A stretch of 64,000 bases of DNA from positions 131,628 to 195,627 of the forward strand of contig MU005966.1 of assembly GCA_010093745.1 (NCBI GenBank). Reading direction: 5' to 3'. The position numbers and the translations under genes were made by a program. Below the pieces are notes generated by a model. That model was not told where the DNA came from, searched no databases, and saw nothing but the letters and a program-made list of their open reading frames with translations. This stretch comes from Piedraia hortae CBS 480.64 (Eukaryota). Shown in pieces: positions 37,745 through 49,014 of the stretch (position 1 is the stretch's first letter; every line of letters begins with the position of its first letter).

Positions 37745-39660
37745 TCAAACGCCGTAAACATCAATCATTATCTGATCCTGATTCTTATTCTCGCCTTTAA
37801 GATATCCATCAAACCTATCGGGTGGTGGGGCAAAGGACCACACCTGTCAAGTGTTAGCTATCTGCCACGGTGGAAAAAGTTCGGGGGACTTACCTCCATA
37901 ACTGTTCTGCCCCCTCTAGAGGCCAGGACAACAGCTCGTTCTTCCTCAAAAACCACTCTCCAAACAGCATCAGCCGGTTGTCCCAACTCCCTAACCAAAG
38001 TGCCTCTAATTAGATCCCAAACTTTGACCCTGCCGTCTGAGCCTCCAGAAACAATCCTTCCGTCGTCAAACTGCAGACTCGTTACGCTGTTGTCATGAGC
38101 GGCGAGTCTATGTATGGCGGTAAAAGTCTGCAGACTCCACACGCGAACGCTGCCGTCGCTGCCGCCTGTGACTAGCGTATCCCCTCGGAGCTGCAACTGG
38201 CCGACGAGGCTTGTATGACCCTGTAGTTGGGCAAGACATCGCCCATCCCTGGGGTCCCATACACGTACACTCGTATCAAGGGAGCCTGTAGCTATACGCT
38301 GACCGTCAAAGGCAACGGCATAGATCTGACTGAAATGGCCCTGGAGAACGCGTAAACAACGGCCTTCGCTAATAGACCAGATCCTTGCCGTGGTGTCATA
38401 GCTACCGGAGACGACCAGATCGCCGTGAATCTCTAGACAGCGCACACTCGCCTGATGACCGATCAGGACATGGCGACACATGCCTGTCTTGATGTCCCAA
38501 ACTCGGAGCGTGGTATCCCTAGAACCTGATATGGCGATATTGGAGTCACTTTTCATTTTGAGGCAGCGGACAGTGCTGGTGTGTCCACGCAGGATGTGCG
38601 CGACTTGGCCGGTAGCAAGATTCCAAACTCGCACGTCGCGGTCACAACCACCAGACACAAGAGTGTCGCCGTCAGGGACCATGGCCCAGACGCCCATAGC
38701 ATGGCCTTGCAGACAGCGCAGGTGGCGACCGGAGGTATCGAACACCTGAATCTTCGCATTGTCCAGTGCCACGATGATGTAGTCTGGAGTAAGATGTAGC
38801 GATGTAGCAACGCCCTGATCCGGAGTAATCTGTCGAGTGTCAACAGTGCCGCCGGTCCGCCATGCCGTCTCCACCTGGTAGCGTTGCTTGAAGTGCGATC
38901 GATAGCTGATGGAACTCGGTTTGCGCTTGGATGTCGGCTGTGGCAGCGCCGTGCTGGGTCGCCGCACGATGTCTGGCGCGCTCATCGACAGACCTGGCGT
39001 GTTGTAAAGACTGTAGCCGTAAATATGGTGATGGCGAGGATCGGGGCTGGCATGAGAACTAGGTCCGGGGCGAAGAGGAGACGGCCGCGGCGCATCTGTT
39101 GACAGCCGACGATACGCATGCTTCTCACAGAGGCTCTTCCACGCCATATCGTCGCTGACTAGCTCCCGCCATCTCTTGCTGACCTGCGAGCTGCGCGCCA
39201 GCGTTCGCGCATCCTCTACAAAGGTCAGAATGCGCAGACAGAGTTCATTGGGCAGCACCCAGAACGGGTCTCTTTTCAGCCGCGGCGCAACAAAGTTGTT
39301 CACGTAAGCCAGTAGTTTGCCATCGCACATGTTGAGCAGCTCGGCGAGCATGCGTTGACGCTCGCCGTGGTTCATGTCACTGAACATGGCGCGCATGCGC
39401 CGGTAGCCAAAATTGTAGCCCGAGCCATTGCCGCAGTCATTGAGATCAATAGCGCCAATGTCTTCACCGGGTGCGGCTGCGCTCCAGTCCGGCGCGCGTT
39501 CTGGCGTGGGGCTAGGTGCCGGCGTTGGCGGGCTGGCGGGAGCGGAGGGAAGGGAATTGCCGGGAATGACGCTGGGATTACATGGAATGTGGATGGATAA
39601 AGGCGGTTCGTTTGGTAAAACTGAGTTGGTCGATAGTGACCGTCGCGGATAGTTCTCCAT
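37745..39660 (-). CDS. F-box/WD40 repeat protein (SCF substrate receptor, Cdc4/Fbw7-like family); exons 39660-37894 and 37843-37745
   Basis: F-box [15 protein letters not shown]...SQVSKRW and about seven GH...WD repeats ([24 protein letters not shown]). Intron 37893-37844 continues as VWSFAPP. Confidence 0.9.
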
Positions 39661-39766
39661 GCTCGACGTCGTTGACGTCGCCGCCAGATGGGAGGATGCG
39701 GAGATGGGAGGGCGGGCCGCACCGTGACGCCGTCAACCGAGTCAGTCTGGGTAAACGATGGATGCG

Positions 39767-39849
39767 TGGACAATAATAGAACAGAGAACAGTATCTGGAC
39801 AACAATAGAACACAGAACAGTACTTGGACAACAATAGGACGGAGAACAG
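39767..39849. repeat. 29-bp tandem repeat, ~2.9 copies
   Basis: TGGACAATAATAGAACAGAGAACAGTATC / TGGACAACAATAGAACACAGAACAGTACT / TGGACAACAATAGGACGGAGAACAG. Confidence 0.9.
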
Positions 39850-39875
39850 ATTAGAAAATTAGTTACACAAGGCCA

Positions 39876-41185
39876 TTAGGTCTGCGCTGGGCTCTTGGGT
39901 ACTTCCACAGGTCTGTCCGGATAGTAGAAATTTTCTTCCGGCGTCCTCCCACGGAGGAAAACAGGCTCGGACCCGCGGACGTAAACGTCCTCGAAGAGAA
40001 CCTCCGGCTTGGGCTCCGGGGGTGCCATCTCCAAGGCGGCGGCAACTTCATCATCGACGTGCTTGCGCGCATCCTTGTCGATGGCCTTCAGCTCGTCCTC
40101 GCTGGTAACGCCCCAGTCCACAAGCTTGTGCTTGAGCCCGGCGATGGCGTCGTTCGTGCTGCGCATGCGCTGAATCTCTTCACGCGTGCGGTAGGTAGTG
40201 CCGGGGTCGGACATGGAGTGGCCGCCGTATCTATAAGTGACAAACTCATAGACCAGCGGGCCCTTGCCCTGGCGGCAATGCTCCTTCCCGGCCATGACGG
40301 CCGCCTTGACGGCCAAGACGTCCATGCCGTTGATCTTGAGGCCAGGCATGTACTGGCCACGCTTGTAGTATTCAGTTGAGGCCGACGAGCGGTCTGCCGA
40401 CGTCCCCATGCCGTATTTATTATTCTCGCAGGCGAAAATGACGGGAAGGTTCCACAGCTTGGCCATATTGAACGCCTCGAAGACCTGGCCTTGGTTGCTT
40501 GCGCCGTCGCCGTACAGCGCGAGGGTAACATTGTCCTTCCCTTCGTACTGATTGGCGAAGGCGATGCCGGCGCCGACGGGGACCTGGGCACCGACGATGC
40601 CATTTCCTCCGTAAAAACCGGTGGAAAACATGTGCATGGAGCCGCCCTTGCCGTGCGCAATGCCGTCACGCCGGCCGAGCAGCTCGCCGATGATGCTCCT
40701 CACCGTCCCGCCGCGCATCATGGCGAAACCGTGGCAGCGATAGGCGGTAATTACGTGGTCGGTCTTGTCGATGGCATGCTCAATGCCGACCGCGACAGCC
40801 TCCTGGCCGGTGGACAAGTGACAGAAGCCACGAATTTTCTTCTCCTTGTACAGGCGATCGGCAGCCATTTCCATGCGACGTATGGCCACCATGTCGTAGT
40901 ACATCTGCTTGAGCTCTTTCTTCGTGGTCTGCATGGTGTGGTCAGGCGCATCGATCTCATAGGTTTCGAATGATTCGTCCGATAGCTTGACGTTGAACGG
41001 CTTGTCATCCTCCTACATTCGGTTAATTTCTGGAGCCAGGTCGGTACGAGTTTACTGACCTGGGGGACTTCATGCCTCTCGGCGTGGCTGCTGGCCGCGT
41101 CTGTGGTGACTCGGCGAACCACGGGCGACACAGGCAAACGAGAGAAAGGGGCAGTAAAGCTGCGAGGCACTACTCGACTAAGCAT
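39876..41185 (-). CDS. PDA1: Pyruvate dehydrogenase E1 alpha subunit; exons 41185-41060 and 41012-39876
   Basis: Mitochondrial presequence MLSRVVPRSF; IRGFCHLSTGQEA, GKGGSMH, TPP motif YGDGASNQGQ...N and YRYGGHSMSDPG. Intron 41059-41013. Confidence 0.97.
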
Positions 41186-42309
41186 TGTCGGCGATAGTGT
41201 TGAGAGAGCGTTCGGACAGTCGACTGAGCTAGCTTCGAGCCGTTGCGCTGCCTCATCGAAACCCCAGCACTTTGGAGTCGGAACTTGCCGTGTTCGGAAT
41301 CGTTCCGCCTCCTCAGAGAGCGTGCTTTTGTTATAATTATAGCCCTGCTAACCGAAGTAAAGCTAGCGTATAAGCGACGGTCTCGGTGAGGTTGCTAGAC
41401 CCGGTCTCTGACTCCCTAAGTCACGTGCACGTTATTCAGAGTCGTTGAGATCGTAAGTCCAGCTTGTTGGTCTATGAACGTACTAGCTACTTATACTAAG
41501 AGAACGCGAAGGCCGCAAGGGCGAGGAGAGGGTGGCGAGGAGGGTGCATGCTGTCTGATAATGTCATGGACTGGCATCCCGCATCCGGCGCGATCCACAC
41601 CGGTGCGTAGTGTGTCTGATTACCGGGAAGCGGCTTGCTGGGGTCTCGGGCAGCTCTGTATATACTGCTACCGCTTAATGTGATGCTGCGGCCTACCAAC
41701 AAAAAGATGAGTTATACTGCGGTGTTAGCTGCAAGTGTGATGAAGGCCCTTGTATAAAACGGCCCGAGGTCGCCGGTTGCCATTTGCTAGTATTCCTCGA
41801 AGGCGTTCAATCTCCTAAAGTCCGTATCAACACTTTCTCCGCCGCAGAAAGACTCTGTTGCCTCTGCTATTAGTGCTCCATATGGGACTGTTCCATCACG
41901 TCTTCTTTGCGAGCTTTATACATTTGCATCACATCTCATCGTGTTCCGCTTTCGCTTGATCTGGGTCCAGTCGTGTTCTCCAGTTTGGTGATCCCATTGT
42001 TGACTACTCAGCTGGACGCTGCTTGAAGTTCAGTCTCTCACGTCTATGAAGCAACCCTTCGCGTGAAGCCATCTATTGGGCGCGCCCTATGCTCATTAGG
42101 CGCAGTAACAATGGTCATACAGGCGTCGTGCTCGGCGCGTCTGATTTGACGGCTCCAATATCGGACTCTTCGCTCACTGGCAGGGTCAAAAGGTTTAGTT
42201 TCCAGGGGACCCATATCAGCAAAGACGCGTCCAAATGCCATTCATGTCGATGTAGCGAAAAGGCTCTCGTTGATGGGAGTGCGCGGCGGCCCGAACTAAG
42301 AGGACGAAG

Positions 42310-42612
42310 TGTTGTGACTAAGCCGACGTCTTGACTCGCCAAGACCAATCACACGCTTACCCAATTTGGACTAGCTCCTTGGTAGCGCCCAGCACCAAGT
42401 TGCCCTACGCACTGAGACAAATGATCTGCAGATGTTGGGGTGGCTAGAGAAAAGGCTGGTGAAGAGGTTGGAAAGAGGTCAGGCTCCTCAACGGAAGGCT
42501 GGGAGGCATCGGAGTTTAGTGTATATAAAGTCAGTCCCTGAGAAGAAGAAAAAGCGACTTACAATTTATCTTTTTACCCCTCCACAGTAGTCCAATCTTT
42601 CTTTTCATAACA
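42310..42612. mobile_element. 303-bp solo LTR, family 3, nested in family 1 copy C
   Basis: TGTTGTGA...TCATAACA terminal inverted ends, TSD CGAAG (42305-42309, 42613-42617), and an internal TATATAAA near 42522. Confidence 0.85.
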
Positions 42613-42689
42613 CGAAGCGATAGACGGAAATTGACAACAGGGACAGGACAGATGCCGATGGATATGAGTCAATACCAGTGTCGATATGA

Positions 42690-42807
42690 GTTAAAGGGAA
42701 CGAACTGATAGTGTGAGTACACTAAGACGTGAATAATTGTATAGTTGTATGTACTGCATACATGAGAGGACGTTGTTCTTGGTCATTACGTGACACATCT
42801 TTCAAAT
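42690..42807. mobile_element. ~118-bp insertion in LTR copy C (small element or short LTR)
   Basis: Absent from copies A and D. Flanked by the direct repeat ATATGA (42684-42689, 42808-42813); exact ends are ambiguous. Confidence 0.6.
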
Positions 42808-44099
42808 ATATGACAGTGTGAATGACTATTTATCTCAATGAGGGGACGTCAAAATAAATATTCTGTACCGGTGGGCCGGTGACGTCACGTCGTACACTAG
42901 GAGGACGCATTCGCCATGTCACATCTGACATGACCCTGGGGGGAAACCTCTGTGAGGAAAAAACCTAGGGTGCAGTCGGTAGTGTAGGGGGTATAGCTGA
43001 CTTACTGTGCAAGTGTCCCGCATACGCGCTAGCGGCGATGCTTGAACCCAACAGTCGACAGGGCAGATTTCACTGTCTACAGTACTCATCCGATCAGATC
43101 TTTGCCGGCGCTCGCCATGATCTTCAACGGCTTTCTGGTTTTCAAATACCATATGGTACTGTATTGCCTATATATCGCCTTGATCGGCTTTCAGGCAATT
43201 GGCGCGGCGCAGGCTTCAAGTTCCCTAGAACTCCAGACGCTCGACGGTCCTCCGCTGCGCATTCCTCACGGGAAGTGGTCTGTGTTGCCTCTGCGGCTGA
43301 GGGAGCAGGATTGCGGCTGATTCTTCGGCTGGATTGGAATCCATCCACAGCCGCTGCAGACTGAACACAAATATGTGTGCTGTTCGGTGCGCAGCGTTAT
43401 GTGCAAAGATGGAAAAACAGAGAGTGAGAATGAGAACAGCGTGGAATACAGTTCCAAAATCAGTGGATTAGTTACATTAGGGAACTGGGGATAGATTCTG
43501 CATCTCACCAGCATGATCGGCGCTGCAGTGACAGGAATTCACCCATGACATCCCGCAGGTTTTACCCCCAATGAACCAGGACCGCGACATGCCTATGACA
43601 TGTCATAGGGAGCGCATTCGCCACGATACAAGTGATCACGGTCCATAATGAAAACTCCACATGGAAGAAGACCTAGACAACTCCTGCAGTGTATGCCACG
43701 TGCTTATAGCAACGAGGTTTCATGCCAACGGGAACCAGGGCTTGCCGATATCTTAGCAACACTCCGATAGTCGTGCAAGTCTGACACAGGCTAGCCCTCT
43801 TGAGCTATGATTTTCTTATGGTTAGGAAGGCGGCCACTCATCGTGGACGCTCCAGTGCACGAACCCATGAAGCGATAATAGATCTTTGGAAAACCACAGT
43901 TCTCATACAGGATAACATCTTGCTCGACCTGGGTCTATGTGGTGCAAGAGCGCTTGTTAACTTGCGTCGTATTGTCCGATTAGACAGAACTTCTTGATGT
44001 GGTGTGATGGTTGAAGAATGGGAGACAGCAGGGGGTAATGTGATGGGAACTGGCTGCTACGAGCTAAAGACAATAACAAGACGCGCTGATTTATGATAC

Positions 44100-44220
44100 G
44101 TGTCGACGCGTGTGACACGCGTTGACACAAAACTTAAGGCAACCTCTTTCACAGGCGTGTGAAAATGGTTGCCTAAAGTTTAGTCAGCCAATCATAGCGC
44201 TAGTTGTAGTGCAGCTAGCG
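44100..44220. repeat. Cluster of three adjacent imperfect palindromes
   Basis: 44100-44128 (14-bp arms), 44130-44181 (24-bp arms, 3 mismatches), 44198-44220 (11-bp arms). Confidence 0.8.
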
Positions 44221-44382
44221 GTTAGTTTGCTCAGTGCCTTTGTAGTAAGCGTGATGAACGGCATGTTCCGATCTCAGAAATTTCTGTAGTCTGCCCACAA
44301 CCGATCACACGAATAAAATTACGATGGAAATGTGTCGCATCCATTATCATCACACTACTGTACACTGGATTACTCACTAATA

Positions 44383-45771
44383 CTACCGCTTCACCTTCTT
44401 TGCCACTTCTTCATCGCTTCCGTCCTCTACAATGACCCTCTTGTTCCCCTTACCTTTTGGCTTCCCACGACTTTCAGCCTTTTCCAGCAAAATCTCATAC
44501 CCTTCAATGACGGAATCAACCGCCGACTCCAGTCTATCAATTCTTTCCTGATCTTCAATCTGGCTCAGCTGATCAAAGTTAAACCTATACAGCCTCTCTT
44601 TGACAAACAGCCTCCACAGGTAAAAAGCTCGATCATTTGGGTTTGAGCATTTTTCCTTTCTCGTAATCCTACTCTTCTCTCTGTTTGCAACTGGAATTCT
44701 GGAGAGAGTTTGCATTTCAACCAGGCGATCAAACTGTCGTTCTTCGAGCTTTGTTTGCACACGGATGGTCCGACGAGTGTCTCCATCCACAATCTGATCG
44801 ATCGGGAAAGGTGAGTCATCGTTTGAGGCTGACAAAGAAGTGTTGATTTTCAAGTCTGCAAATGCAGGAGAGTTGTTGCGAAGGTATTCCAGATCGCAGA
44901 AGTCGCGCAAGTCATCAAAGGCCTCATTTGGGTCCTCAACGGTCATTTCCTTGACCGCTTTTGGTGCGGTAAGGTTTGAAAAGACGTCGCGGTACAGATT
45001 CCTTCCATGTCCGCATCCTTGGTAAGGGGGTAGGATGATGAATTGCGAAAGCCGCGAACGGTGAGGGTAATGGGCTTCAACCCCGTCGGCGGGGGGATTG
45101 TTGATGATATCATCCAATGAAAAAGCACCTGAGGCGAAGGAATTCGGGAGATAAAGCAGGATGTACGCCGTGCAGTAACCGACCAGGGAGTATGTTCCGT
45201 CTTGGACACGATAATAGAGGAAAAGTCTCCACCGTTCGGCGGTGTATTCTTGGGTCAAGTCAAGGAGACTTCCGCCTTCTATCATCAGTGGAGCGAAGAT
45301 CTGCATGTTTTCCAGGATCTCCCGAGCCTTTGGATCTGCCAGTGAACAAGTCCAAGTCTCACAAGTCTTTCCAGAATGGTTGTGCTCCGCCAATTTCTCT
45401 CCTGGGGGTGTAAAACTTTGAGATTGTTGAACAGCTTCCTGGAAAGCTTTTTCTGGCAAGAAGTCTTTCATCAAGTCCTGGATGTCTGTTGGCTGAACCT
45501 CTGCCACGCCCTTGAATTTTTCGCCATATTTCACACTCAGGTGGGGATAAAGATCATCCTCGCGCAGAGTCAAGGATATATCAAGGTCGCGGTAACCGAA
45601 TATTGTCTCTTCATCGCCAAAGATAGGATAAGTGAATTTAGGGTTGAAAGGTCCGGCTGCAAGCTCCCCATTGGGGCGCAAGAGGGAGATGTGGAAGCAG
45701 TCGGTGGAGCTGCACGACCAGGACTCAATTTGCTCGGACAGTTGCGCCGCAAGATCGTCTTCCATGGCCAT
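44383..45771 (-). CDS. HAT1: Histone acetyltransferase type B catalytic subunit
   Basis: FNPKFTYPIFGDEETIFGYRDL, IEGGS, RSRLSQFIILPPYQGCGHG and EMTVEDPNEAFDDLRD. ATG at 45771 (or 45765). Confidence 0.95.
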   Translation of the reverse strand: MAMEDDLAAQLSEQIESWSCSSTDCFHISLLRPNGELAAGPFNPKFTYPIFGDEETIFGYRDLDISLTLREDDLYPHLSVKYGEKFKGVAEVQPTDIQDLMKDFLPEKAFQEAVQQSQSFTPPGEKLAEHNHSGKTCETWTCSLADPKAREILENMQIFAPLMIEGGSLLDLTQEYTAERWRLFLYYRVQDGTYSLVGYCTAYILLYLPNSFASGAFSLDDIINNPPADGVEAHYPHRSRLSQFIILPPYQGCGHGRNLYRDVFSNLTAPKAVKEMTVEDPNEAFDDLRDFCDLEYLRNNSPAFADLKINTSLSASNDDSPFPIDQIVDGDTRRTIRVQTKLEERQFDRLVEMQTLSRIPVANREKSRITRKEKCSNPNDRAFYLWRLFVKERLYRFNFDQLSQIEDQERIDRLESAVDSVIEGYEILLEKAESRGKPKGKGNKRVIVEDGSDEEVAKKVKR

Positions 45772-45977
45772 GTCCTTTAACAAGCACACCGAAATACGGA
45801 CCCGACGCGATCAGGTGCGACGTGACGCGCTAGTCCGAATAAGGCAGTTTCGAAGTTCGCAACGAACATGGGATTGTCACAGTTCGGAACGCTGACACAC
45901 AGGAGGTGTCGCGAGTATACTGAGCACATAAATATGGCCTGACTTCTCTTCAGTCTCCTTTTCCTTTCCAGGAAATA

Positions 45978-47170
45978 ATGGCGGACGGGGTTCTGAATCT
46001 CCTTGTGCTATGCGCTGTTATGGGAGCAGCGTGAGTCCATCTGTCCCTACAACTCTCTTCCAGCTAACAAGTTTATCCAGGTCTTTCGGGGCTGGTCTCT
46101 TACCGCTGGCCTTCACTCTCAGCCAGCGCCACTTGCGGTTATTGTCCGCACTCGGCGCAGGCGTCTTACTCGGCAGTGCCCTAGTCGCAGTCATCCCGGA
46201 AGGAGTCGAAACTATTTGTTTAGCACCGCCTTCTCACCACAAACACGAACACGAACACGTGCAAGCCCAAGACCACGTGCACCATCATCATCACCATCAT
46301 CACACTCAAGGCCATTATTACGGAAACTATAACGCAAAACGCCACATCCCACCTCCAGGTGGCTCTGAAGGCGGATGTCCATCGCACAAGAGTGTAGGTG
46401 TGGCATTACTCATTGGATTCGTTTTGATGTATCTCATCGACATTCTACCTAAAAGCCTTTTGCAGAGAAAGTCGCTCTCTGGATCCTCGGAATCGTCAGG
46501 CTCCTCATCAATATCAACCACGATTGGGCTAGTAATTCATGCATTCGCGGATGGAATTGCTCTCGGCGCAGCTTCTTCCGCACCGGGGCTCACACTGGTT
46601 ATATTCCTTGCTTTGATGATCCACAAAGCGCCCGCTTCGTTTGGTTTAACCTCAATTCTGCTCAAACAAGGGCTTCCGAAGCGGAACGCGAGATTTCACC
46701 TCGCCATCTTTGCGCTGGCAAGTCCCGTGGGTGCTATAGTTACCAACCTATTGACCTCGTGGTGGGCAGGTCCCGTCGCTCAAACAACGGCGAGGAGACA
46801 TGAGGTCGAGGCTAATGATTCAAGCTACACAACGGGCTTTCTGCTGCTATTCAGCGGGGGCACGTTTCTATACGTTGCCATGCACGCGTTGCAGGACTCG
46901 GGTAATCATGATCATGGACCCGGACATGAATACACGGTCGCAGCTACGGATCCAGACGAGGAACAGAAAGTCACGGGGACCGAAGAGGACGGGCTCACGT
47001 ACTCACAGGAGCCAATTCCCCTGATGGATGATGCGTTTGGCCCTTCGAACGCCAAACCAAGACGTGTTTCCATCAGGGAAGCTCCCGAGAAACAGTCGCT
47101 GGTTGACGCTGGAGTCACCGTTGGCGGCATGTTGCTTCCGTTGGTTCTGTCCACGATTATGGGGTCATGA
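45978..47170 (+). CDS. ATX2: ZIP-family metal transporter (Atx2/ZIP9-like); exons 45978-46030 and 46081-47170
   Basis: SFGAGLLPL, GAGVLLGSALVAVIPEG, His-rich loop, GLVIHAFADGIALG, HKAPASFGL and FSGGTFLYVAMH. GTGAGT...CTAAC...CAG intron at 46031-46080. Confidence 0.85.
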
Positions 47171-47205
47171 ACATTAGCGATAGAGAAAAAAACTACATTT
47201 AACTG

Positions 47206-48914
47206 TTAGAAAGTTGTCTGTGCCAGTCTCGACGCTGCATTTCGTGCATCGATGCGGTCGGAATCGCCTTCGGTTAGAACCGATGCCGTACTGGTTCCTC
47301 TTTTCCGCCCGCCGCAATTTTCATCTCCCTCGTCACCCTGTTCACCGTTTTCTTCGGGCACGGATTGCCCCGCCATTAGAGAGCCAGATATGCTCCTGTT
47401 GAGACCGTCAGCTCGTCGCGGAACGCCCGACCATGCGTCTCCTTTAGGCCCTTGACTGGACGCCAATGATGAACGACGGGAAACCACTGGATGAGATTCT
47501 CGTCCAAGTCTCGATAGGCCGCCTGAGGAGTCAATGTTTCGCACGTCGGGACGGACTTGCTCCAACATGGCCAACGTTCGCCGCTCGGCTTCAATCTGAC
47601 GAATCGCGTAGTCTCTGATGCTGCTACGTACGTCTGCGGCGGTACGCATGAACCACTTCCGCTTTTCAATGAGAAGGTTATTCGTTACTTGTTGTGTCTT
47701 CTTCTGAATGCTCTCTTCATGTCTCTGTGCTGTAGTCAACGCGTAGAGGGCTTCATCCACTTTTTCACTCCGCACGCTAGATGAAGCTTTTAGTCTATCT
47801 GCGGCAGTGTGTTTTGCACGTGTGGCTTGTTGTGCTTGTACCAGATCACGCAGTAAGATATGGCGGTTGGTGAGGGTTTCCTTAACGATAAAAGCATCGC
47901 TGCTGTGGTATGCGAGCGTATCAGACAAGGCTGTTGCTTCTGCCGTTCCCTGTGCAGCGTGAAAGTCGCCAGTGTTCTGGATAACTCGGCCTAATTTACG
48001 ATATGCCTGTGCGAGACCAGGATGCGTCTCTTGCGTCTGCAATGCTTGTAACTTCAAGCCAAGATCTGATTCTGCCACTCCCAGAGACCGCCTATTCTTG
48101 ACAAGTCTGTCAATCTTTTGCTGGCAGTCCATCGATCCGAGATAGAACGCCTTGACTACCGGACGGGCTTCAAGCAACTCTGGAGTGTCGTCAGGTGGAG
48201 GTGCAAACTGCTTCAACATCTTGCGTCTCATACCCGTTGCAGGCTGTTTCTTGCGCACAACAGGAGAATAGCCAAAGTCAGACTCTACAAAGAAGATGAT
48301 TTCTTCGTCTCTCATCAACACTTCGTTGCTGCACACCACGCTGAGCCACCGCTGCATTCTGCTTTTGGTCAGCGTCTCATCTTCTTCAGTTCCCACTCCA
48401 GCACTGGATGCCGACGGCGGCACAGCTGGCACCAGCGCCTCCGGGTTGGAGGCCGTCAGGTGGTCGGCCAGTTTCTGGAACTCGGAATGAGTGCGGCGAA
48501 CATCCCGGAACTGAGTGGTCCGGAACTTGGGCAGATTTGTCTAGAGCAATTAGCCTTCATCGCTCATTGTCAGCATAAACCTACGTAAACGTCAAACCGA
48601 AAGATGGGGTCCTTCTTCCCCGTCCGCTCCAACGCCGTGATCTTGGTCTGTAGCTTGTACTGCGGCTGCTGCGGCCGTGGCAGGCTAATCTGGTGGTATC
48701 GTGTTGAAGCCGGTCGACGGCTTTCCTCTACGGGCTGCTCTGGTGGCTGTTCTGCTGGCTGCTCCACCGTCTGTTCCGCTGTCTCATCTTCCCCGCCATG
48801 TGCCTCCTCCGACTCTGTTAAGCTCTGTTGCGGAACGTCTACATCTGTATCGGATCGACTGACCAACGGACTTGTCGCCCATGGACTTCCTCCGCTCGCT
48901 GCGCTGTAATCCAT
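47206..48914 (-). CDS. VPS17: Retromer sorting nexin Vps17 (PX-BAR); exons 48914-48585 and 48540-47206
   Basis: [61 protein letters not shown] and [11 protein letters not shown]. Intron 48584-48541 (44 nt). Confidence 0.93.
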
Positions 48915-49014
48915 GGTGCGCTCCACCCACCTTCGCGAACATTTAATGACGTCGGGAAAACTTCGGAGATCACGTGCCAAGGATTTTTTCGCCGCAGGTC
49001 TTTCAGTGCAGAGA

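Larger units (their letters stand above)
42251..43053 (+). mobile_element. Solo LTR family 1, copy C, carrying two nested insertions
   Basis: TGTAGCG...CCCAACA with perfect TSD GTCGA (42246-42250, 43054-43058). Colinear with copies A and D once 42310-42617 and ~42690-42813 are removed. Confidence 0.88.

Noticed and set aside
39767..39849. CRISPR-like appearance of the 29-bp repeats
   Set aside because: No spacers, eukaryotic context and no cas genes.
46236..46303. His-rich tract in the ZIP transporter
   Set aside because: Ordinary feature of ZIP-family loops.
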